Assembly: GCA_000934665.2 (NCBI GenBank) | Contig: JYFJ02001879.1 | Span: 1 to 64,000 of the forward strand | Reading direction: 5' to 3' | DNA: 64,000 bases | DNA from: Catajapyx aquilonaris | Taxonomy: Eukaryota | In this document: piece after piece, positions 27,290 to 40,089 of the stretch | Layout: each line of letters opens with the position of its first letter | Position numbering within the stretch: position 1 is the first letter of the stretch | Position numbers and translations under genes: made by a program | Notes under the pieces: model-generated | The model's database searches: none | Told to the model about the DNA's origin: nothing | What the model saw: only the letters and a program-made list of their open reading frames with translations

Positions 27290-27625
27290 GGCAAATCACG
27301 CTAAATTCGAGTAGACTTTTTCTTATTGAGCAGCGGGAAATGAGACTGACTACTTTGTTGAAAACGATGCGATACGACATGAGATTTCTTTGGACAACAA
27401 AGACATAGAATGTTGTCAGTCACATTTCCCGTTTCTGGCAACCCAAAAAAAATTTACATGGTGTAGACTTGACCTTGGCGGATAGAGTGGACCCGGAAAC
27501 CCGAAAGATGGCCATGAAACCTATTTATACTCCGCTAAATCCTAAAACAGGTTGTCTCTATCTCTTCTGGTTTAGGCCATGATACCTGTCCACAAACAGA
27601 CGGACAGACATTTCATGAGAAAAAA
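27290..27625 (-). mobile_element. DINE-1/Helentron-like element, family 2
   Basis: Reverse complement of the 34315-34637 and 37130-37460 copies (GTCCGTCTGT microsatellite; GGTATCGTGGCCTAAACC). Confidence 0.6.
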
Positions 27626-29369
27626 ATTGTCAAATTAATGGCAGCGGACTAATAGCTCAGAAAATGTAGTCTAATACTAACAGCTAATGTTTTTAAAAAA
27701 TAGCCAATTTTCAAAACATGTTGTGAACAATAGTGCAAAACAATCCCTTTTGTTACATTATGAAGCGATCAATTATAGCAGTGACCGACAAAAAAAAGAA
27801 TTGGGCGCACGGTATGTACAGGGTGTTTTTGTAACGATACCGACATGATATGGGTTTAGACCCCGTGGCGATGTAGGATCATTTTATGTACAGGTGTCAT
27901 TTGGCAGCCTTGTTAATGAGGTTATTAGCATTAGTTTTTGTTGTTGTTTTTTTTTGCGCAGATTCGGCCTCGCCATACAGGCTGGGCGAATGCCAGCTAC
28001 ACCTAATGAGCTCGAATTTAAATCAAACACTACATAAACTATTTTGTTTTATTACTTAAAACTAAATAACGCGTAAAAAGCTAGTTAAAAATTAATAGCC
28101 TACACATATTGTATGTACTGTACAGTATATCCTCTACATTCCATATAATGAATTACACTGCATTAGAAAAAAATAATATCGATGATATCGATCCCACTTA
28201 CTACCCGTATCACCCCCCCCCCTCATACATTCTTAACGCGATTCCAGACGTCCATTATTCACCTGCCTACATTGACACCTAATGATCAATGAAAAACTAC
28301 TTCAATTATTAAAAACCATTCCCTATAATGATTCCTGAGGCTAAAATAAACGCCGTCCGTTTACGCAACATGTGTACCTGTATGCGGATCCACTATCTCC
28401 TTTCCCTTTGACATAGAATTCCTTCAGCCCAGCCTGCCATTTATTTTGATGGATGGCTCCATGGCGATACTCGAGCGATAGCCATCGGATCGATTAATCG
28501 AAGGACCCTAAAATTCTCCACCGCCAATTTTTTTAAGACCAATTCCTTTGATTGACCCACATGTGGTCTGGTGTTAAAATATGAATCTAACGCTTATTTT
28601 TAGTATGTGCTAATGACTGATTGCATTACCTATTAATTACAGCACCTACAGTCAATACTATCGAAATGCTCCGCCCACTTAGCTTGTAAGCTCCGCCCCA
28701 CTCACCCGTGACATCTAGCGGCCGGGTTTTAACCAAACTTTAACCTTAAGAGGGGGGCCACATAAGCCTCGAAATTCCATACGTGCCTAGCCCATTATGC
28801 AGAAAAGCCTGGAAGCAAGTTTAGGCCCGGTTTCTACTAGGCCTGCCCACCCCGGAAAATCCTGAAGGGTGGGAGGGGCCTCTGCTGGACGTGAGCTAAT
28901 CTGTCGAGAGGGTAGGAGAGGAAATGTTCCAACAAACGTGTAGAGAGCTCATTAGGACAAAGTAGTCATAAATCGGTGGTCAGCTTCCGTCATTTTCTAG
29001 AGGACGTCCGGACACGGCTTGGAATGTGTCCCTGCTGGCCCATTGGACAATTTGGGACTATCACGGGAAATTCTCTTTACGATTTTAAATTTTTAAGAGA
29101 GCCAACATTTAAAACATTCATTTTTTTACAATAAAATATTTTAATTATTTTACAATTAAGTTAGCTCAAATCGGTTTGGAAGTCGGTAGATGGCGTAGGC
29201 TTTTCCTTGCCAATATCGCCAAATTTTAAGAGGGCCGGGTCATTACGTTCCCCGCCATTTTCTGGGCAGCAGCGAGCCAAAATCGGGTGCGCTGACTCGT
29301 ACTCAACATATAAAATATTTAAAATTTAAAACAAATTATTGTAAAGTAAGAAATCCTAGACAGCATTTA

Positions 29370-29677
29370 CAATAATAATAATAATAATTTGTACCCTGTG
29401 CTAGAACCATGGGCTCTCTTAGGGGGGTGGGATACCACCATATTTTTTTATCTGGAACTTTTGCTTTCGTTTTTTACTTCTCGTATATGGGGATGGGATA
29501 GGGACGGAAGGAAGCGGCTGTGGCCTATAATTACGGACACGACCCCGGAATTTTCCTGGTGAGACCATGGGAAACCACAGAAAACCACGGTCAGGGTCGG
29601 TGGCCACCGGGATTCGAACCCAGGACCTCCCGATTAGCAGTCGGATACCATATCCCCTCCGCTACCACTGCTTCGGT
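29370..29677 (-). mobile_element. tRNA-derived SINE family A
   Basis: Reverse complement of the 14037 head; TSD GACAGCATTTA at 29359-29369 and 29678-29688. Confidence 0.85.
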
Positions 29678-31411
29678 GACAGCATTTATTTATTTTTAAA
29701 TATATGAATTAGCTAAAATCTGAGGCAACCTTTGGAAGGAAGTCAGTAGATGGCATAGGCTTGCCAATATCTGCAGGCACAGTTTTGAAGGAAATTTGTA
29801 GACGGCGTATGCTGTTCCTTCCCAAAAAATTTGATACCGGCACGACATGACGACATTACGACCCTTTCTTTAGGACAATGGTGACACCAGGGCGCGTCGC
29901 ATCTCCGGGTAACATACACGTATGCCGGCCTCGTCCTTTTATGGCCCCCAGGCAAAGTCAACGGAGCACGCAAAGTTGCCGAATAAAGATCTTGTCTGAC
30001 CCGCCAAAACATGCTTCGTACTCTACTAAAAAGGATACGCCTCTATGCGACATCTTTCAATGTACAGGCGGTTTTTATGACCTAGGTCGTTGGCGCCCGG
30101 GAGCAACAAACAAACAATGCCTAAAAATGGATGGGGATGATGGATATCTGGATCGTCCCCTGTTGTGATTCTGTGTGGCTAATCAGCAGTTTGCCTGCGA
30201 CATGAAACGTTGCTCTGGGCCAAAAATTGAACAATGTGAAAACCATCCCAGCGAGAGTTTGTAGGTCAGCGATGCAAATGTGGCGGAAGGCACAAAACGT
30301 TACAAACAAACATTTGAATATTATATGATGATGTGTGTGCATTCTGCTTTTTTTAAAACAATAAAAATAAAGAAAAGAAAAATCATTATTGGAGCAATGT
30401 TGCAATAGAGACATCAAAAGGGCGTAATAGTAGATGGTAGGAAGATGTCCATATTTTATTCATAGATTTCGGAAGGCTATTCTTTACTCCTATTGAGTAC
30501 AGAAGTATTTTGCGAAGGTTGGGTCTTTGTTATTCGGAAACTGTTTGTACTAGCTTTATAACCCGACACACTGTCATGTGCTTCTAAAATTGATGAATGG
30601 GAATGAACAGTGACGTTACAATGGCAACAATGAATTCTCACAACTTAATTATTAAAGGGTAGTGACCTCAGTACAGGTCCAGTAGCCTTGTAGTTTGTAA
30701 AGTCATTGTGAGACACCCTGTAAAATATTTATAACAGAATGGGTGCTTACATAAAAGTTACATCTAAGTGTATAGTACTATAGCCTTGAAATGTTGACAT
30801 TAATCTTCAGCTACTTATAACATCATTTTTTAACTACTGTAACTTCAAACGAATTTATTTACAATGTACAGTAAATTCAACAATATATTTTCCATTTTGT
30901 GATTATACCTATAGTACCATTGTAGTACGCACACCTTCCTATTCTCCATTTCTAAAATAGAGCCGCCTTAAAAACAGGTTACAACAATGGGGGGAAAAAC
31001 CCCCTGCATAATAATAATCTGTCAATAGAAATTGTTCTAATAAAATATTCGCCCAATACTCGCCATTTCTACATTATTTTATGCTCATAATAAATTAACA
31101 AAGTAAAATAAACAAGTAGTAAAATAAAATACCGTAACGAAAATAAAATACAGTACGTAACGCAAAATAATTATAGTGAAGTAAAATAAAATACAGTAAC
31201 CAAAATAAAATGAAATAGAGCCTGATTAGGACGGCTTGCGAATGATCACAATGTTGTCAATTCCATTTTAATAATAGTCTATCACCTTTGTGTTATTGTT
31301 GTGTATGTAACGACAACAATGTCATTTGAGCATTTTAAAAATGTACATTAGATTTTTAATAAATGCCTTAATATTAACATTTTAAAAATATATAAAAAGT
31401 TGTAGACTCAC

Positions 31412-31499
31412 TTGGCACCTCGGGCTTGACGAAATGCGGTTGGGCCCCTGACAGGGCTGCAACCACCAGTACGAGGGTGATGAGGTGGCGGCCTCTCAT
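31412..31499 (-). CDS. Sidestep/nephrin-family Ig receptor, first coding exon (signal peptide); not in the ORF track
   Basis: ATG at 31499 gives MRGRHLITLVLVVAALSGAQPHFVKPEVP (basic n-region, hydrophobic core, S-G-A cleavage site). The phase-1 donor A|gtgagt matches the phase-1 acceptor at 13496. A candidate upstream acceptor tttgcag lies at 31922. Confidence 0.75.
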
Positions 31500-32166
31500 T
31501 GGTCAGCGGCACATCCGCCCACATTCACACAACCTACGCACTTGTCGCACGCACTTTTTCCTTCCCACTGTCGCCACACTGCCACACCACCACCACGCAC
31601 ATTCATTCCCTTTCCAACTGAAAATCATCCAAAAACACCCGGCCTAATCAACGAATCAGGCCACGTTTCGACGACAACAACACAGCAGCATCGGCAACGC
31701 GCACACGCACATGTACCGGCATGGTCCATCCAAACTGCCGACTGTTCGTGCACTGAGGGACTTTGGAGAGCCGCGGTTTTTTGGGGAGGGTGGTGTGAGG
31801 TGCAGGGGGTGTAGGCATCCTCACGCAGACGCTACCTGCAGCGCATGCACCGTATGGATCCGCCGGTACCCCCTCACATATTATGTCGTGAACAACGTAT
31901 ATGAATGTGTGTGTGCGATACCTGCAAACCCTGTAATCATTCACATTTAATACAGGCCTCGGTGTACAAATTGGGGGGCTTGTCCCTCGGATAGCCCACA
32001 GATGGGTTATTCAAATTGGAAGCTGGAATTTGCCAGGGTGGGTGGTGCGGAATTCCGGGGGGTGGAAAGTTTCGAATTTTGGCGCCACACATTTCGGAGG
32101 CGATGGGCGACATCGGACGGTCGGGGCTTGAACTTGGGCAGCGACTGGCCATACTGCTCGATCTGG

Positions 32167-32433
32167 TTTGGTTTGGTTTATTCGGAAGAAGCCAAAGCAA
32201 TGTGGCTATCTGGCTATAAGAAGAAGCAAAGGTGGGACAGATGGAGAGAGAAACGAAGAGGAAAAAGAAGAGAGGAAAGACTGGCATCTCTCTTAGTCTG
32301 TCTCCTACCCCAAAGACCTGTCCGGCTTGGGTGGCCCTACCAGTAGACGAAGCTACCGCCGGCATAGCTCTTGGGGTCATGGGAGAAACGCAAACCCCAC
32401 CACCACGATAAGGTGGAGATACCATCGGGGGGA
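32167..32433 (-). mobile_element. ~270-bp non-autonomous non-LTR retroposon (copy A) with a structured 5' end
   Basis: TSD CTCGATCTGG at 32157-32166 and 32434-32443; 3' tail (AAACC)n; nearly identical to 38577-38846; no tRNA head. Confidence 0.85.
32283..32433 (-). ncRNA. Candidate HDV-like self-cleaving ribozyme at the retroposon 5' end
   Basis: Hand fold in HDV order: P1 UCCCCCC/GGUGGGG (one mismatch), P2 GGUAUCUC/GAGAUGCC, P3 ACC/GGU, L3 UUAUCGU, extended P4, J4/2 ACUAA. Confidence 0.5.
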
Positions 32434-32650
32434 CTCGATCTGGAAAATGAGAAGAATCTGAATGCACAAAAATGTATTTGAGACAGAGGAAATGTAATTT
32501 AATGATAATTTACAATTATTAAATTATTTTGCCATAATTATATTCCAATAATCAATTGTCTAAAATTTATCTGTAATTATAAATTTTTACCATGTATTAA
32601 TTACCTGAATATGTAAATGGTAAATTCTTATTCAATTATATTGTATAAAT

Positions 32651-32899
32651 GAAGGGGTTAGTGCCATAACGTGCTAAGCCACACTTTTGTGTTTTTTGAG
32701 CTTGCACGTGTCTGAAAGTCCCACCATCGTGCTTCACAAGTAGGCATCACGTAGTTAGAAAAATTCCCCATAGATCACGAGAAAATCACGAATAATGTTC
32801 CTTGTTTTGTATGATTTGCCATATTAAGCCAAACTTTTGAAAGCCCATATCTCAGAATGAAGGTTTTGTGGCTTAGCACGTTATGGCACTAACCCATTC
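32651..32899. mobile_element. MITE with AAAT 4-bp TSD (Sola-like)
   Basis: TIR GAAGGGGTTAGTGCCATAACGTGCTAAGCCACA / TGTGGCTTAGCACGTTATGGCACTAACCCATTC flanked by AAAT on both sides. Confidence 0.7.
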
Positions 32900-34314
32900 A
32901 AATTCTTATCGAGTATTAATTGTTTGAGATCTATAAATTTATAATTTCAAATAATTCAAACTTGATATGAATTTGTAATTCCAGATAATTTTAGACAATT
33001 GATAATTACAGATAATTTAAACAACAATAGATAATGAAAGATTATTAATAATTTAAACAACAATTAATAATGACAGATTATTAATCATTTAAACAACAGC
33101 TGATAATGACAGATTATTATTAATAATTATTTAAACAATTTATTATTGGGCCTACATAAAATTGATAATTTTAATAACGTATAATTTCAGATATAATCTA
33201 ATTATAAATTTAAGTTAATGAGAATGCAATGAGAATAAATAATTCAGTTACAATTTATTGATAATTTAAAAATAATTTAGTAATACAATAATTTAATAAT
33301 GTAATAGGCCTCCTGTTACTAACAAACGGATAGTTACATGTTACACTAGTCCCCACCCTACGTATAGTGATGCATAAAACCATTAAAACGTGTGCATATT
33401 AATGAACTATAACCATATAATTTTATTATATTATTATTATCATTATCATTATTATCATTATCATCATCATTATTATTATTAGCAAATTACCACCATTTGC
33501 ACTCCCGCTGCGGTTCTAATGTGGCAGCCAATTACACTGTATTTTTACTTACATTATTCACACAACTTATTGCATGTTCAACATAGTTCTATGTATTGTT
33601 ATCATTGTGACGTCACTCGCTGTGATTCAAACGCACGTGCAAAGTTGCGATTTTCAAATATTGTGACAGTTATCTCCACTCTTTGTTGTCCAATTGTAAT
33701 GTTCGTTTATATTGTGTTGTAATGTAGCCTAATCTTATGATGTAATGTAACCTTACGATGTTGTAATATAACATTATGATGTTGTCATGTTACTGCACGG
33801 AGGTAGGCCTACTTCAAGGTGGCGCCATGTCGCGGACAGAAACTTCCCTAACACCTCGCTTTCTCACCAGTCACAAACGAGGCCTCAATAACAATTAGAA
33901 CCAGCTCTTGGCTTTGACACCAAGCAACAATATATATTATTATTGCTCCTGCATTAAATCCTCAGCCCCTTTACCTTCCGAACCCGCCCATCCCCCCACC
34001 CCCTTCGAAACCCTGCAAACTAATTCATATCGATAATTGCCCTACAGTTGCAATTAACCGTGCTCCAGTTGGCTCCCGCCTAATTATTACAGTATAGTAA
34101 CGGGAGCCTGCACGCAGTAATTGATATATTAAAAACCCATCAGTATAAATTAAACCTAAATCATTTAATAATGTCTCCGTGCATGTAACTGTATCAAGCA
34201 GTGTGGGCACTCAAGTACAGTACTGACAGTGTTTGACCTAATTTTAGGTAGTCATCGTAAAATAGCAGCTGGTTATATATAAGTTAAATTTTATTATATT
34301 AATTTTTAGACATT

Positions 34315-34637
34315 TTATCATCAAAAAAGTGGCTGTCCGTCCGTCTGTGGACAGGTATCGTGGCCTAAACCGTAAGAGATAGCGATACAAACGGTTTTCG
34401 GGTTCGGGTTCTGCGGACCCTAAAGAGGTTCGAAGGTCAACTTCTGGTTTTCCCAGTCCACTCTATCCGCCAAGTTACAAGCAGATTACCATTTAAATCG
34501 GGGTAATGAGACTGACAATAAAATCAAAGTCATTGTTCAATTTGAATCGCATCGTGTCGTGTATATTGTATCAGGTTTGTCAGCCTCATTTCCCGCTGCC
34601 CAATGAGAAAGTATACTCGAATCACGCTTGTCTTGTT
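34315..34637 (+). mobile_element. DINE-1/Helentron-like element, family 2
   Basis: GTCCGTCCGTCTGTGGACAGGTATCGTGGCCTAAACC...GAGAAAGTATACTCGAATCACGCTTGTCTTGTT; three related copies in the window. Confidence 0.6.
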
Positions 34638-35533
34638 ATATGTTAATTTTCATTGTTATGTACATTATTAATTATTTTCTGAGTACACTCGCAGACAATA
34701 TGGAACATCTTCCTTTTCAATATGTCTCCTATTTTCGACCCTTTTGACCTCTGACCCTAAAGTGACCTGAGGCATGGTAGACACTCAGATTCCGGCAAGG
34801 CTGAGAGTGCACCGAGAGGGTCCCAAGCTAGGCATTATAGTTGGATGAGATCTGCTTTGAAGCAGTGCTCATGCAGTGAAAATCAACTTAGGGATCACTT
34901 ACCCCTACTGCGTCAACAAAATTTCAACCTCTCTTGACCCGTCTGTTCTGCATGTCAACATTCATCAAGTTTCTGCTTCGCGCCCGTCAACATCAAATTT
35001 TCTGCTACGTACAAATCCGTATTAAAGCCCCCCCCCCNCTCCCACCCCTCCATCCCTTCACCAGGTATATATACAGCGAGTGCGAGGCTATAAATATGTG
35101 CCTCTGCTGACACTTTTCCCAATTTTTGAAACTTCAAAAAAACAAAAATGTGAATGACAAATGGTTCGCTTTGTAGTTTAAGGGCATGGCGTACAAGGTG
35201 TTCCAAGAGTTACATGGTAGTCATAACAAGATTAGGGTAATTTTCTTACTAAACTGGTGTCCAAAAGTTACTTTCGGCACAGTTTTTGCCCTGTATGACA
35301 GTAATGGCAAAATCAGTACTTTTCATATCAATATGTTACAACTAGTACAAGTATGTAACATGTAGGTATATACACGTATGCAAAATAGGTACGGCATGTA
35401 CAAGTAGGCCTACATACACACATGAAAAAATATGCATGTTTGCAAATAGGGTGTACAGTACTGGCTTGTACGTATGTGCAAGTACGTGCAGGTACAGTAC
35501 GTACAGGTATATAAAATAAGCATGCACAAGTAA

Positions 35534-36052
35534 CTATGGGGCTCAAATTGTTTTGGCCACTTTATCCTGGTCTTGAAGCAACCCTTCACACAGGCCCCAC
35601 GGTGAGTGGGTGTGATCAGGTCTTGACTAAGGTCTGGGGACGGAAGTCTGTGGTTTTACTGTAGCTGTGGGGACCAGTTCCAATTGTGGGGACATTTGTC
35701 GGTCCCCACAGTCTCACACACGCGAAGTGTACCATTACAGTGGGGACATGTGTAAATTAGTGGGGACATGTCCCCACTATTTTCATTTGTAGGTTTTCAC
35801 AAAAGTCCATTTTTCTCAGCCTAGGTTACTTAGGGTAGGGTAGGTTAGGTAGGGTAGGGTAGGTTAGGTTAGGTTAGGTTAGGTTAGGTTAGGTTAGGTT
35901 AGGTTAGATCAGTTTACACTCGCAGTGAAAAGTGATCAATGTCCGTCCCCACGCCTTAGTCAAGACAAGAGTGTGTGGGTGTGTGTGTGTGTGTGTGTGA
36001 AGGGTTGCTTCAAGACCAGGATAAAGTGGCCAAAACAATTTGAGCCCCATAG
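35534..36052. mobile_element. MITE with ~57-bp TIRs enclosing a (TTAGG)n tract
   Basis: CTATGGGGCTCAAATTGTTTTGGCCACTTTATCCTGGTCTTGAAGCAACCCTTCACACA and its exact reverse complement; (TAGGT)n at about 35860-35907; related sequence at 22534-22800. Confidence 0.8.
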
Positions 36053-37129
36053 TACGTACAGGTATGTAAAATAAGTATGTACAAGTATGTACACGCAGAG
36101 TACAGTACGTACAGGTATACATAAGTATGTATCAATATTGTCCCAATTTACAACAGACAACTTCCACAAGTATTTAGTATTCACGTGTTAACATCTTCAG
36201 CTGAAAATGTGTGCCACAAGTGTATTTATTCACGTGTTGTAACGTATAGCAGTCATTCCAACCTTTGAAATCCGTTGGTTGGACCACATATTAAATTCTC
36301 TACCTTTAGGGTAACATCACTGGCATCAGAGGACACACCCTGTAAGCACACTCTATAACATAACATTCATATTCCATGCCGAGTGCCGGGGTATTTATGT
36401 AATTATCGTGCATAATAAAATTACCAACTCGATTATCACCCTTGATTAATCCGGTTCAAAATATTGACTCTGCACACCAGTTCCGAGTGTAAAAGCCTGG
36501 TTGTTCGTTCCAGCAACCCCTCCCAGCTATATTCAGGTCGTGAACAGACGTCGCTTATTCATTTCCAATTTCTTAATAGCTAACCATCAGCCTCCCTCCC
36601 TCCACCCCTCCTAGAGCCAGACTGTGGCCGGAAGCTGCCATAAGATTTTTACGAGCCGCTTTGGAATAAAGTGGGACAATGGACCTGCCCAGTAACACCG
36701 TACCGTAAAAGTCACGTGTAGCGCTTCAATGGACTCTTGTGCCCGGTTTAAAACAGTGTCCTGGACACATATACGCGGCCCCTTGGCGCTAACTAAATAC
36801 ATCCACGTGCACCTGCCCTACGGTTACTGTCCACATTACGTTACATTTACCTTAGAGAAGGTGACTGTATACTGAGAATGTATTGTCAGTTCATGCACTG
36901 TTTCCACCATGGAAACAGGCTGTGCGAAGAACTGGCTCCGCTCTTTTGCCGCCACTGGCACGTGGCGCCACCGGGCGGAAAAAGAGCGAATTGAAACGAT
37001 CGCGATCTATTGGTTGCTAATTCATCACTTCGATTCGTCATTTTCACAACAGTACAGCACCGCTGATGTTCAGCACTGTATACTAGCAGCGGAGCCCGTT
37101 CTAATGTAATTAACAATCGATTATTGCAT

Positions 37130-37460
37130 TTTAGAATTTCTCACACTTAAAAAAAAAGTTATAGAACGACTGTCCGTCCGTCCGTCTGTCTGTGGACTGG
37201 TATCAGGGCCTAAACCGCAAGAGATAGCAACAAACTGTTTTCGGATTCGGATTCAGCGGACCCTAAAGAGGCTTCATGGTCAACCCCTGGTGGCCGGCTA
37301 CTTCCGGTTTTTCGGGATCCGCTAGATCAAGTCTAGATGCGGGTGTCCTTGGAGTTCCTTGGCAACGGTAAGGGAGACTGACAACATTCTACTGTATGTC
37401 GTTGTTGTCCTATACTATTTTAATTTCCTTGGCTATGACCTATGAGAAAAAGTTTACTAG
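37130..37460 (+). mobile_element. DINE-1/Helentron-like element, family 2 (diverged)
   Basis: Homologous to 34315-34637. Confidence 0.55.
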
Positions 37461-38576
37461 AACCGGAATCTATTTATTTCATTTTATTTTATTACGTACC
37501 CCATGATGAGACCGAGGTCTCTTTAAGTGGACACATCACCAAAGATACATTTAAATACATAAGTTCAATCTTTTGTAGACATTTAAAAAGTCTACTCGAT
37601 TTGCCTGTCTTGTTGATGCTAATGTAACCTCGTTGCCATGGACAAACAAACAAACGTTCCCTTATATATGTAAGATGTATGAATGTTTGATTATTATCAT
37701 TGACATTCTCTGTAGAAGTCTTCTACTCTATATAATTATATTCTCAGCTTATAAATTATTTTTACTTTGGTGATTTTAAATGGTAGGAACACGTGGTGTT
37801 TGACATGAAATCCGTGGTTCCCCAGTCCAGTGGGAGTGTATACATAGAGATTGATGCAGTGGGGATGGGGTGCGTTTGGGGAGTGGGTAGGAACACCGCA
37901 GTGCACCAATGCCAACAACAATGGCTCCAATTAGCCAGGGGAGGACATCATGATGGAAAAGCCAACTGACTTTGCTCTCTGATGTGCCAGGCTTGGAGGG
38001 AAGAGGATTTTGCGAAGTACAACGCGGTATGGACTGACACACTATTCACTAGAGGGAACCTCCAGACAGCCACTTCCAAAAGAGACTGCAGATTTTTACA
38101 AAAGGTAAACAATTGTTGCAAAATTTTCCGGACGAAAAAATCTTTCCCCGCAGACAGTGCTGGGACCTCGCCATGGAAACTTTTATGACTAGTCTTAATC
38201 CTCCTGCCAGGTTTCAAACTTGTTTTCCACTTTGCAGATTTCAAGCTCAACTCCAAAGAGCTTCAAATCCCTCCTAGGGATTTTTCCTTCTTCCTCTTCC
38301 TCTTCATTTGAGAAAAGCGCCGCTTTTCTTCAGACTTCCTTTTGCAACGTTCTAAAGAACAGATCAAGCTTGGCATCCTCAATTGCCCAAGTTCACAGCC
38401 TCTCACAGTCCAACAATTGAGACGGAAATGGACGGAGAAAATTATGAGTAATTACAATTACTTGTGAAAACTTTCCGGGGTCCCGACTGTCTATATAATA
38501 ATAGTACCACACTTCTTGCATAGATGGCGCTTCCTGATTTCTGCACACTCCCGCCACTTTCAGGTCCTGCGAGGGG

Positions 38577-38846
38577 GGGGGGGGATGGTATCTCCACCTT
38601 ATCGTGGTGGTGGGGGTTTGCGTTTCTCCCATGACCCCAAGAGCTATTCCGGCGGTAGCTTCGTCTACTGGTAGGGCCACCCAAGCTGGACAGGTCTTTG
38701 GGGTAGGAGACAGACTAAGAGAGATGCCAGTCTTTCCTCTCTTCTTTTTTCCTCTTCGTTTCTCTCTCCATCTGTCCCACCTTTGCTTCTTCTATAGCCA
38801 GATAGCCATAGTTGCTTTGGCTTCTTCCAAATAAACCCAAACCCAA
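38577..38846 (+). mobile_element. ~270-bp non-autonomous retroposon (copy B)
   Basis: TSD CCTGCGAGGGG at 38566-38576 and 38847-38857; reverse complement of 32167-32433. Confidence 0.85.
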
Positions 38847-40089
38847 CCTGCGAGGGGTACTGGTACTATCAGCTCGGACAAACATGAAAAGAAATCCTAT
38901 TATTTGAATGGCAAGGTATTGTACTGTACTTGGTACATTAATGTCAAGTAAAAATCAATTTATCAAGTTAATATGAATAACTTCCGAAGAAAAATTAAAG
39001 TACAATGGTAATTAAAATAAATATTTTATTATGGTATTTTATTTATTATTATTATCTTTATTATATTACAATTTATAATTATAAAATAATGAAATAATGA
39101 AATAATAAATAAATGATGTAATCAATTCATCAATCTATCAATAACATTGATACTCAGATTAAGTTTTATTACATGTAGGATAATGTAGAACTTACTTGCT
39201 CCTGCACCTCCCCTACCTTAAAAGTACCGATACTTTAAGTTAAGTTAGATGGAGCCATCTGACCCTCTGGACACTGGAGTCCCGTTCCGCCGCAGCACCT
39301 TTCAAGTAAAACTCGCTGGATCCGGGTATGGCTTGATTCAGAGCATGGTCCCCACGTAATGTCCATCCTAAAACATTCGCGCTATACTGAACTTTGTTTC
39401 GAAGGCGGACCCGCCACGTTTTCTGCGGAGGGGTCGGAGCAGAAGGGGGGGGGGGGTGAAATGAGCCGTTTCTTTGTTAGGGAAAGGAAAAAGAAGTAGG
39501 GGGGGAAAGCCTCCTCCTCCAGTCTTAACTGCCTCGCCGCAGCCTCGGCCAGAAAAGGTTGGTGGTCTGGGAGAAGGGTAGAGAGAAAGAGAGAAAAAAA
39601 AGAAGGCTCGTAAATCTTTTATGGGCTATCACACCCTAGGCGACGTCTATCGCTCCGATAGAGCCAGCCAACGTTGGCGCCAAATGCTCCCCTCCTTCCT
39701 TTACTGCTCTTGCAAATGAAGCGAGGGGGGTGGCCAGGAGAGAGTACTACCAAATCGCCAGCACCCATTTCCACATCCACCCCTACCCCAAACCCTGCTT
39801 ACCTCTTTACTGCTAATTTCCTTCAACCCCTCCCTACCCTTGTATAGCCTCCTCCATCCCCCCCCCCACAAACCCGCACACCTAGAGGCTTCACACACTA
39901 GCTGTGCCATGGCCAAATCCACTTCTGACACTTTAGGACAGCTCAGGCCTAAACCCCTCTCTGGCTTTTGAGGTGGTACAACAAGTGCACCGATCAACTC
40001 AAAGAATCTGGCTATACGCATCATGCCATGTAAGGGTTGTACATATGTGGCCTTAAAAGGAATATGGCCACATAATTATGTGGTCTTAC

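Noticed and set aside
31937..32467. 176-aa ORF with a similar ORF at 38604-38834
   Set aside because: The similarity is confined to the non-coding retroposon copies and there is no protein motif.
35860..35907. True telomere or chromosome fusion site
   Set aside because: The tract is short and lies inside a TIR-bounded element.
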